Part shown: one piece after another, positions 7,891 to 16,104 of the stretch
Numbering within the stretch: position 1 is the stretch's first letter
Layout: the number at the start of each line of letters is the position of its first letter
Origin: Promethearchaeota archaeon
GTDB taxonomy: Archaea > Asgardarchaeota > Lokiarchaeia > Sigyniarchaeales > SOKP01
Assembly: GCA_018238625.1 (NCBI GenBank)
Contig: JABCSY010000065.1
Location: 1 to 22,784, forward strand
DNA: 22,784 nucleotides
Direction of reading: 5' to 3'
Notes under the pieces: generated by a model
Databases searched by the model: none
The model's input: only the letters and a program-made list of their open reading frames with translations
Told to the model about the DNA's origin: nothing
Program-made: the position numbers and the translations under genes

Positions 7891-10143
7891 TTAGGTTTTC
7901 TTGTAAATAAATCGATCCCAGCTCGAAGCATTTGCTAGATGATCAGGCATATTTTTTCTTTTTCTAATTTCAAGAATTAAATCTTCTTCTATACTTTTAG
8001 GTACTTTATTAAAACCAGAAAATTCGTATCCGAAGAACGCACGTCCTTGAGTTGAACCTCTTATATCATCAGCTATACCAATTGTTTCAGCAGCAGGAAT
8101 CGTACCTTGAACTCTAACGTATTCTCCTTCTGGAATTACGTTCGTAATTCTACCTCGTCGCTTGGATATAATCGAATTCACGGGACCTTCTGATCCATCT
8201 GGCGTTTTCACATCGATTCTCTGAATAGGTTCAAAAAGATGAGGGTCAGCGTCCAGCATTGCTAAGGACATAGCAGAGAAAGCCATTCCAGCAATTTGCC
8301 CGTAGGAAGTATGTCGTGTGTCCTCGTGGATGGTCATATCTGTAAATACTATTTTAAAACCAGCACCTGGTTCTTTTGCAAGAATGCACTCTCCAAGCCA
8401 ATCTCTAAAAGCGGCTACTAAATAAGATTTTACTTTATCAAATCGTTGTAAACCAGATGTACCGTTCACGAGTAAGCTTCCTTGGTAAACATCTACTATG
8501 CGTCTAGCTTCTTTGGCGTCCCAGCCTGCCTCTTCCCTTAGAATTTTTGCTTTATCTTTCTCATGCATCAAATCAGTAATTTTTCCGGTTTCAATTAATT
8601 TCTCAGTCGTTTCATCTAGAGGCTCTATGTATAACAAGATTCGGTTGTGAGTATTGGCAGATTTAGTATAGAATAATTTGCTTTTCTTGGTGATTTTTTC
8701 TCGGTATACAATAATTGGTTCACCGATTAGAATAGGAACTTGATTATTGATCCGTTTGGTAAGGATTTCAATTTGAAGCGGATCTATTCCACTTAGAATG
8801 AACTCTCCAGATTCTTTGTCCCGCCGATACATCGCAGTAGGATCTGCTTGAAGCCACTTACTTACTACCGTATCTAATTTGTCGATTTCGTGAGGGTCTC
8901 GTGGTTTTATACTTCTTGAAACTACGGGTTCGCACGCATATTGGATTTTTTCAAAAGACGGCAGAAGTTTAGCTTCATTTTTATCCTTTGGGACATCACT
9001 AGCTGACATAAATGTCTCTCCAGAAGGACAGATAAAACCGTATAAAGCAAATAAATTTCCTGCAGGAATTTTTGGAACATCCAATAGATCTGTAATTTCC
9101 ATAACCCCCAATCGTTTTACTCGATTACTTGTTCTGTTATTTACCAAATAGATCACGTCCGATAGTCGGAATGTTCCAGAAAAAACCCTACCTATTAAAG
9201 TTGGTTGATATCCTCTCCTTGGATCTAAAAATATTTTGGTAATCATACCGTATAAAGGACCGTTCGGATCACTTTTTTGAAGCGATTGTCCTAGTTCTGA
9301 GCTGAGATCACCGCCCCAAACGTGAGGTATCCTATATCTTGCTGCTTCTACAGGATTGGGTAAATGATCAACTACCATTCTTAACATTGGCTCGTCGAGT
9401 GGAAGATTATCTCTTAACCACTGAATGTCCCCTTCGGTATATTTTGCGAAAACATCTTGTGGTGTTAAACCTTGTTCTAATAATAGTTCGTACGTAAAAC
9501 CCCATCCGTGCTTAGCTGACCCTACAGCAACGCTGTTTTTAGCAAAATCAACGCCCCATTTAGAGCCTTCTGGCCTAATCTTTTTGATTAACTCATTTAC
9601 CTGTTTTGAAATTTTATCAATTTTCATAAATGTGTCTTCTGGACTCAACTTAAGCTCGCTAATTAAACGATCTACTTTATTGATAAAAAGAACTGGTTTG
9701 CAATACTCTTCGCCAACGGCTAATCGGATGTTCGTTTCAGTTTGAGTCATAACCCCTTCTAAAGCATCGACGAGAATTATGGCACCGTCGCTCCCTCTAA
9801 GAGCACGCGAGACTTCTCCAGTAAAGGAGATATGTCCTGGCGTATCATTGATTTGAAGGATATATGGCTCGTCATCATCAGGTATTCTAGGGTCATTAAA
9901 TGCGAGTAAAACTACGCTCGTAAATATAGTTATACCTCTTGCTTGTTCCTCTTCGTCAGAATCGGTCATCTGGAGTTGTCCAGCGTCTTCTTCGCGCATT
10001 AAACCTGCACGCCTTAACAAGTAATCACTTGCTGTTGTTTTACCGTGATCTATATGCGCTACTATGCTAAATAACCGTTTCTTTTCGTATGAACCGGTAG
10101 TTATCAGCGCGCTTATCTCTTCAGGATTCTTTACTTTAACCAT
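7891..10143 (-). CDS. Elongation factor 2 family GTPase, probably the divergent Asgard paralog aEF-2p; likely start ATG 10143
   Basis: AHIDHGKTT, RGITI, DTPGH, NKVD, GSAKHGWGF and EF-2 domains II-V. Domain IV loops are altered (SANTHN; HEDTRHTSYGQ). Not adjacent to rps7/rps12. SD-like GAGTGA precedes ATG 10143. Confidence 0.9.
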   Translation of the reverse strand: MVKVKNPEEISALITTGSYEKKRLFSIVAHIDHGKTTASDYLLRRAGLMREEDAGQLQMTDSDEEEQARGITIFTSVVLLAFNDPRIPDDDEPYILQINDTPGHISFTGEVSRALRGSDGAIILVDALEGVMTQTETNIRLAVGEEYCKPVLFINKVDRLISELKLSPEDTFMKIDKISKQVNELIKKIRPEGSKWGVDFAKNSVAVGSAKHGWGFTYELLLEQGLTPQDVFAKYTEGDIQWLRDNLPLDEPMLRMVVDHLPNPVEAARYRIPHVWGGDLSSELGQSLQKSDPNGPLYGMITKIFLDPRRGYQPTLIGRVFSGTFRLSDVIYLVNNRTSNRVKRLGVMEITDLLDVPKIPAGNLFALYGFICPSGETFMSASDVPKDKNEAKLLPSFEKIQYACEPVVSRSIKPRDPHEIDKLDTVVSKWLQADPTAMYRRDKESGEFILSGIDPLQIEILTKRINNQVPILIGEPIIVYREKITKKSKLFYTKSANTHNRILLYIEPLDETTEKLIETGKITDLMHEKDKAKILREEAGWDAKEARRIVDVYQGSLLVNGTSGLQRFDKVKSYLVAAFRDWLGECILAKEPGAGFKIVFTDMTIHEDTRHTSYGQIAGMAFSAMSLAMLDADPHLFEPIQRIDVKTPDGSEGPVNSIISKRRGRITNVIPEGEYVRVQGTIPAAETIGIADDIRGSTQGRAFFGYEFSGFNKVPKSIEEDLILEIRKRKNMPDHLANASSWDRFIYKKT

Positions 10144-10208
10144 TTTATTCACTCTTTAAAAATATTAAACTATGAAATTATTATAAATCTACAATAGTAA
10201 ATATACAA

Positions 10209-10229
10209 AATCATAAAAATTTTATGATT
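10209..10229. promoter_or_regulatory. Perfect inverted repeat upstream of the EF-2 paralog, candidate transcription factor site
   Basis: AATCATAAAA-A-TTTTATGATT (10-bp arms, 1-nt spacer), about 65 nt upstream of ATG 10143. Confidence 0.45.
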
Positions 10230-10266
10230 AAAAATAGATTCAGTATTATATGATAATTAGAAACCG

Positions 10267-10401
10267 TTAATTTATCAATTTTCCATCTTGGATTCTAAGC
10301 ATTTTATCTGTTTTTTCTGCGATTTTTATGTTGTGTGTAATAATAATAAATGTTTGTTGTTCTGATTTATTAAGAGATATGAAACAATCTATTTTTTGAA
10401 A
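10267..10401 (-). pseudogene. 3' remnant of an ABC transporter ATP-binding subunit (LolD/MacB-like C-terminus)
   Basis: Minus strand reads FQKIDCFISLNKSEQQTFIIITHNIKIAEKTDKMLRIQDGKLIN*, with the H-loop (ITH) and terminal DGK typical of ABC ATPases. In-frame TAA just upstream; no Walker A/B. Confidence 0.8.
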
Positions 10402-10462
10402 TTATTCCTTTTTAAATTCTATTTCTTTGTTTAAACCTTTTTTTACAGTTAAAAATAATATT

Positions 10463-11917
10463 TTAAATAAAAGGCAATATCATATTTTTTAATACTTGTA
10501 TAGCTCTTTTTCCTGAAGTAGTTTTTGTTTCATACGATTTAGAAATATTAACAACTCTTAGATTCTCTGGAATTTTATTTTTGACAAAATCTTCTAATAA
10601 TTTAAGAAATTCTGTGTATTCCCTTTCAGATTCTATCCATAAGAATCCGTCCCTTTCAAAAAAGTTAGGATTTTTCTTTCTAAACTTAATAGCATGATTT
10701 TCCTCTTTAATTGGAGGTCCTCTTCGTTCGAAATTTTTTGTTATTTTAGATTTTTCGCAAAATATGGCTAAATTATATTCCTCAATATCATCTTCAAAGT
10801 AGACTTCAAATTCTATTTTGCCAAATCGTTCCGCGTGAGAGAATTCTTTTTCTCCGTTTGCTTTAATGTTTTCACCGATTGCGTATAATTTATCTCTGTT
10901 AATGGTGTAGTGTATCTCGCTATTTTCGTTTTTTAATTCAACGATAAAAATTTTCTCGACAAGAGAGCTATCTACCGTAGAAATGTTAACTTCCAGAATT
11001 TCTTCTATAAAAAAAAACTTCTTATTAGGATTTTTTTTAAATTCAATTATTCTCTGGTTACAATATTTATATGCTTTTTCTGAAATTGCAGAGGCAACAT
11101 TTCGATTCTTATCGATAGGATCTGTAATGATGATGTAATCGTTTTGAAAATGATGAATCTTTCCCAACTCCTTTAAAGTTCTATTGTAATAATCGCTAGG
11201 CTTTTCTTTAAGGAATTTAAAATTGTTAAATAGGTTTTGTAGGTTGTCGTAATAGTATATTAGTAGCTCTGCACTATACCCAATAAATCCAACTTTCCCT
11301 ACAGCACTTTTGTCGCCATAACTGTGATTAGCTTTAAAAAATTGCTTTAACAACCTAACATCGTTTTTCTGCTCTGGTGATAAATTCTCTTTTATAAAAC
11401 GGCCGTGCCACGGTGATCTATCAACTGCGGTTATAGGTCCAAATTTGTTTATATATTCCAGTTCTAAATCAAAATAAAGAACAATATCGACTTTAATTTT
11501 GATATTATTAATGAAATAATCTACAGTAACATATGGATGTTCGGCGTATAGGAGTCGAGGATTGTGAAATTCTTTTGTAATTAAAGATTTTTTTATCCAA
11601 TTATTACACAAATAAAGAAAATCTTTCTTGGACTCTTTTTTTAACTTATTTCTGCTTAAGCCATCGTATTTTGGGCTATACAGTTCATAATCTAACCCAA
11701 CAAAGAGATCTATGTCAAAGTCGTTTTTTAATTGCGTTTGTTTGATTCCAGTAGAGCCTTGAGGTTCGATTTTAGTATATTTAAGATTTAACTGCCGAGC
11801 TTTTTCTTCTAGTAACTTCCTGAGTTTTTTAACAATTTCGTTGATAAGAGTGAGTTCTTCTTGAGTTGGAGTAATATCTTTTAAAATATTTTCGAAAATA
11901 TCATTTATTAAAGTCAT
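10463..11917 (-). CDS. cca: Archaeal (class I) CCA-adding tRNA nucleotidyltransferase
   Basis: QGSTG...DFDIDLFV nucleotidyltransferase signature, YAEHPYV, VDIV, AVDRSPWH, VRLLKQF, GYSAELL, DPIDKNRNVASA, GPP. Confidence 0.92.
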   Translation of the reverse strand: MTLINDIFENILKDITPTQEELTLINEIVKKLRKLLEEKARQLNLKYTKIEPQGSTGIKQTQLKNDFDIDLFVGLDYELYSPKYDGLSRNKLKKESKKDFLYLCNNWIKKSLITKEFHNPRLLYAEHPYVTVDYFINNIKIKVDIVLYFDLELEYINKFGPITAVDRSPWHGRFIKENLSPEQKNDVRLLKQFFKANHSYGDKSAVGKVGFIGYSAELLIYYYDNLQNLFNNFKFLKEKPSDYYNRTLKELGKIHHFQNDYIIITDPIDKNRNVASAISEKAYKYCNQRIIEFKKNPNKKFFFIEEILEVNISTVDSSLVEKIFIVELKNENSEIHYTINRDKLYAIGENIKANGEKEFSHAERFGKIEFEVYFEDDIEEYNLAIFCEKSKITKNFERRGPPIKEENHAIKFRKKNPNFFERDGFLWIESEREYTEFLKLLEDFVKNKIPENLRVVNISKSYETKTTSGKRAIQVLKNMILPFI

Positions 11918-12011
11918 AAATAAGAGTCTGAAGCGATTGATTAAAGTTTAAATTGTTGTTATAATATAAAGGAATTCAAAATTTATCCTTTTGGAATTTA
12001 AAACACCATAA

Positions 12012-12635
12012 TTATTTCTTCTTAATTGGGTGCCTTATCATACTCCAATGGTAAATATTTGTTCCGGGAGTTAAAGCCTTATGTAAATTTCGAAAGCCAA
12101 AACGTTTATAGAATTTAACATTTCTTTTTGAATTCGTCTCAAGAAAAATATTTTTATTGTCTTTCGCAATTTTATTTATCATGAAACTTAACATTCTTCT
12201 TCCAATTCCCTTACCTTGATGTTTCGGGTCAATACCAATAGTGGATAAATACCAATGCGGAGTTGGGACCAATTTTTTATGTAAATACCCACAAAAATCT
12301 TCGTTTTTTCTTAGAATATGTAAATTTTTCCACTTAATTTTAAATATAAGAGAAAGCGAACCGCTTTTTATTGATTTCCATATTGAAACGAATGCATTTT
12401 TTGGTGGAAACCATAACGAAATTCCTTTCAGATTTGAAGTGGATAAAACTACACCATGTTTCAAACAGTATTTAATCTGGAATTTAAAAATTTTGTATAA
12501 AGTCTTGTGTCTTTCCTTATTATTGGGAATTAATTTAGAAAAAACAGGATCGTCCTGAAAAGCATCGCTTAAAACCTCGCAAGCTAATTTTAGCTCGTCA
12601 TTAGATAATGAGGTTACTTTTAGGATTTCGGACAT
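12012..12635 (-). CDS. GNAT family N-acetyltransferase; likely start ATG 12635
   Basis: AFQDDP, HWYLSTIGIDPKHQGKGIG (acetyl-CoA motif A), LET, NVKFYKRFGF. GGAG SD-like site upstream of ATG 12635. Confidence 0.9.
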   Translation of the reverse strand: MSEILKVTSLSNDELKLACEVLSDAFQDDPVFSKLIPNNKERHKTLYKIFKFQIKYCLKHGVVLSTSNLKGISLWFPPKNAFVSIWKSIKSGSLSLIFKIKWKNLHILRKNEDFCGYLHKKLVPTPHWYLSTIGIDPKHQGKGIGRRMLSFMINKIAKDNKNIFLETNSKRNVKFYKRFGFRNLHKALTPGTNIYHWSMIRHPIKKK

Positions 12636-12855
12636 ATTTACATCTCCCACCAAGAATTAAATTCATCTAGAAATTTTCCTATTAATTGTCTTATATAGAT
12701 TAAATATTTAATTGTTGCGCTTTCTCATTTTGTTGTTTATAGGTGTAATTTTTTTAAATATTTCATTAAAAAAATTTTAATTCAGGCTAGGAAGAGTTTA
12801 AGATTAAATTTAATATCGAGGTATAATTTATTCTCCTTTAAATTTATATTTATTA

Positions 12856-14067
12856 CTATTTTAGGGGTTTATTATCTAAATTTTTAATTATATAATTACA
12901 TAATTTTAATGTATTGATTAAATTTCCAAAACTCATATTTTCAATTATATCGTCTCTAGTATGATAATAGAACTCTTTTGATGAGAATGGTAGAGTAATT
13001 ATCGTTGTAGCGGATAAGTGTTTTCTACAGAAACTCAAAGAATCAGTAAACGCCATAATAGACTTGGGTTTTATCTTTATTTTTAATTTCTCAGCTGAAT
13101 TTAATATTAATTCATTCATTTTTTTGTTAGTTTTTACAAGACCAAAAATCTCCGAGGTGGTTACTAGAAGAGGAGCATTTTTATTTCCAAGCATATCAAC
13201 ATTAATTACTTTTGCGTTTTTTAAATCTTCCATATATTTTTTAATAAAGTTTCTGCTTCCTTTCGAACCAATCTCTTCGCAACCAAATGCACAAATCCAT
13301 ACTTCAACGTTTTTTAGTTTGTTTTCTGGGAGACTGAGATTTTTAACAATTTCATAGCATACAGCCAGGCCAGATAAATTATCGTTAGCACCCATAACAG
13401 GATGATTTGAAATTATTAAAAATAATTGAATTAATACAGTAGGTATCAAGAGCAGAAAAGCCCAAAAAAATATAATCTCAATATTAAGAAAGAGAGCCTC
13501 TAATTTAATTACAATTAAGATATTTTTTATTAATAAAATTATAAGTAATATAGCGGTTAAGAAAAGATTTATAGCTATTATTACGATAAAGCCATATTTG
13601 AACATTCTCATTAAGGGAAATTCGCAATTAGAATCAAGATGACTTCCGATTATGATCAATTCACTTGGGTGATTTTCTGGTCGTATTTTTCCAATAACAT
13701 TTTGAGATTTCTTTTTTAAAAACATGAAGTCTATAATTTCTTTGGCTAAACTCATCTCTCCGAATATAATTAAAAATGATAAGATGGTTAATATTAAACT
13801 AAATAAAGGGTAATACCAGTAAAAAATAAGCGATAGTAAATTCAAAATCATAGGGATTCGAAATGCAGCTTTATAAGCACCCGGATGTACAATAAAATTG
13901 TCAATATTGACCTCATCGCAATATTCTTTAATTTTTTCACGAAAATAAAATGCTAATTGAGACTCATTTTCGCTACAAGATTTCCTTGGTCCGATAGTTT
14001 CACATATTTCACCAATAAAGCGCCTCATATTTTTTTCAATCTGTTTATCAGAGCCTAACGCATTCAA
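12856..14067 (-). CDS. Membrane-embedded M28 family metallopeptidase
   Basis: Zn-ligand motifs SHLDS, GANDNLSG, CEEIG, NVDMLG, YYHTRDD; two hydrophobic hairpins (about 4 TM segments) inserted in the domain. Confidence 0.87.
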   Translation of the reverse strand: MNALGSDKQIEKNMRRFIGEICETIGPRKSCSENESQLAFYFREKIKEYCDEVNIDNFIVHPGAYKAAFRIPMILNLLSLIFYWYYPLFSLILTILSFLIIFGEMSLAKEIIDFMFLKKKSQNVIGKIRPENHPSELIIIGSHLDSNCEFPLMRMFKYGFIVIIAINLFLTAILLIILLIKNILIVIKLEALFLNIEIIFFWAFLLLIPTVLIQLFLIISNHPVMGANDNLSGLAVCYEIVKNLSLPENKLKNVEVWICAFGCEEIGSKGSRNFIKKYMEDLKNAKVINVDMLGNKNAPLLVTTSEIFGLVKTNKKMNELILNSAEKLKIKIKPKSIMAFTDSLSFCRKHLSATTIITLPFSSKEFYYHTRDDIIENMSFGNLINTLKLCNYIIKNLDNKPLK

Positions 14068-14107
14068 TTACAAAACCCTTAGTATATTTTTTTAAAAACT
14101 TTTAACA

Positions 14108-14169
14108 TTAAAAAAAACAGTAATAATATTATAATAATAATAAGCTAGAATTAATTCAAGTAGCTTATT
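14108..14169 (-). terminator. Candidate terminator after aIF5B: hairpin followed by a T-tract
   Basis: AATAAGCTA (14139-14147) / TAGCTTATT (14161-14169) 9-bp inverted repeat immediately after the stop codon; T-run on the minus strand near 14110-14118. Confidence 0.45.
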
Positions 14170-14170
14170 T

Positions 14171-15979
14171 CTACATTCCCCACCAAGGATGTTGGAGTTT
14201 ACGTTGGATTATAATATATTCTCGTAAAGCTTGTTTTTGATCTACGGTTAATTCATCGAGAAACTTTCCCATTAATTGCCTTACATGAGATTCGGGTACA
14301 TTAACATATAAGGTTTCGTCTTTTTCTATATCTCTTCCTATTTCTAAACCACGAATAGAAATTGCAACTTCGGTATCTTTTCCAGCTTTCTCTACTGTCT
14401 TTCCTTTATCTTGAATTTGGTGAACTCTTCTAGCCTTTACTCCTTTAGCAGTAATTAAAGGAACTTTTGGGTATAAAGTTCCTGCTTCTATAAGTACGCC
14501 AAAAACTGCGGGGTCTGAGTTTCTAAATATAAAATCGGGAATCATCTGTAGTTTGGCTGGTAAAACTAATTCGCTTAATCCTTTTGCGGTATCCTCGGCT
14601 TTTCTTATTTCTGCATACTCAATATAATCTTCAAGTAAGCGATATATAACGTTATTTGTAAAAATTCTAACGTTATCCGTCATTGCTTGTTCCTCAGCTT
14701 CGGGTAAGATAGCCACGTTAAAGCCTAGAACAACCGCCGAATATGGATCAAGAAGTTTAACTAAATTTGCATTCATAATATCCTCTTTCTTAATTGAACC
14801 GACATCGGCAATACAAATTTTCACGCCATTTGTTGTAAAATGATTTTCTAAAGCTTCCAACGATCCTAAAGTGTCAGCTTTCAAGACAACGCCTGCTTTA
14901 TCTGTTTTTATCCGTATATTCTGAACTTCTTCCATTATATCATTATATATCGTTTCTTCCTCAGAAGGTGTTCCAATAGTTCTGAATGGTGAGCCTGCAA
15001 CGACATCATCTATATTGGGGGCTATAACTTTGATTCCTGATGCAGCACTTACGGATTCTTCAAAATCAAATTTTTGTCGCGGGTCTCTTATTTCATCCAA
15101 AGGTTTGGGTCTTAATAACGCACGAACCTTAGATTTAATAGGTTTTTCTAAACCACCAACAATAAATTCGTCTCCTTTGTTAATGACGCCATCGTAAATT
15201 AAAACATCCATAGTAACGCCTTGTCCTTTTTCTTTCTTCACTTCCAAAACAACGCCTTTAGCTGGACCTTCCGAGAACTTCAGGTTTTCCGTTAAAAATT
15301 GCTGTACTAAACCCATTAAAACCATTAATAAAGTAGATATTCCTTCTCCGGTTTTAGCACTTGTAGGCACGATAGCTACTTTTTTAGTAAAATCTTTTAT
15401 CTTATCGTATCGATCGATTCCTTTGAACCCTTCTTGTAAGAAATCTACGCCAATTTGTATTAGTTTTTCGTCAAGAAAATCTTTTACATGGGGTCGTTGC
15501 TTATTGTATGAATCTAAAAAGTCTGCGTCTTTAGTAGATTTCCACCCAGAAATCCTATCGATTTTATTAGCCGCAATAACAAAAGGTACTTTCCGCTCTC
15601 TTAAAATTCTAACGGATTCCCACGTAATTGGCATGTTTCCAGCGGTTACATCAATTACTAAAATCGCAATATCAGCAATGGCGCCACCTCTTTTCCTAAG
15701 ATTCATAAACGCGGCGTGACCTGGAGTGTCGATAATTAGTATTCCAGGTAATTGAATTTCTTTGTCAGCAAATTCTTGTTTTGATTTCCTTAAAAACGCT
15801 CTAATATCTTCTGTTGGAAAATAAGACGCCCCTATGTGTTGCGTAATTCCAGCGGCTTCTCTTTGTTGTACTACAGTCCCCCGAATGTAATCTAATAGGG
15901 AGGTCTTTCCATGATCAATATGACCTAAGATACAGGCTATTGGGGCGCGAATCGTCTTGGATTCTGATTTATCGCTCAT
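14171..15979 (-). CDS. infB: Translation initiation factor aIF5B (IF-2 homolog)
   Basis: IRAPIACILGHIDHGKT, GITQHIGA, DTPGHAAF, NKID, KADTLGSLEAL, IFRNSDPAVFGV; archaeal length (602 aa), no intein. Confidence 0.96.
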   Translation of the reverse strand: MSDKSESKTIRAPIACILGHIDHGKTSLLDYIRGTVVQQREAAGITQHIGASYFPTEDIRAFLRKSKQEFADKEIQLPGILIIDTPGHAAFMNLRKRGGAIADIAILVIDVTAGNMPITWESVRILRERKVPFVIAANKIDRISGWKSTKDADFLDSYNKQRPHVKDFLDEKLIQIGVDFLQEGFKGIDRYDKIKDFTKKVAIVPTSAKTGEGISTLLMVLMGLVQQFLTENLKFSEGPAKGVVLEVKKEKGQGVTMDVLIYDGVINKGDEFIVGGLEKPIKSKVRALLRPKPLDEIRDPRQKFDFEESVSAASGIKVIAPNIDDVVAGSPFRTIGTPSEEETIYNDIMEEVQNIRIKTDKAGVVLKADTLGSLEALENHFTTNGVKICIADVGSIKKEDIMNANLVKLLDPYSAVVLGFNVAILPEAEEQAMTDNVRIFTNNVIYRLLEDYIEYAEIRKAEDTAKGLSELVLPAKLQMIPDFIFRNSDPAVFGVLIEAGTLYPKVPLITAKGVKARRVHQIQDKGKTVEKAGKDTEVAISIRGLEIGRDIEKDETLYVNVPESHVRQLMGKFLDELTVDQKQALREYIIIQRKLQHPWWGM

Positions 15980-16104
15980 CTACAATCACTATTTGAAAAA
16001 ATTAATTAAATATCTCTAAATATTTGCAATAATTAAAAAAAGTATCAATCGATTTAGAATTTATTGAATGAATAGTAAAAATCTTTAGTCTAAGAATAGT
16101 GATT

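Noticed and set aside
10153-10462. tRNA, SECIS or other ncRNA in the longest intergenic region
   Set aside because: No GC-rich stems or tRNA T-loop motif; the region is better explained by the ABC-ATPase remnant plus a promoter.
11968-12000. Weak hairpin AATTCAAAA...TTTTGGAATT between the GNAT gene and cca
   Set aside because: Bulged, almost all A/T, and expected by chance at this composition.
12654-12855. Possible further gene remnant (minus strand FNEIFKKITPINNKMRKRNN*)
   Set aside because: Too short and low in complexity to assign to any family by eye.
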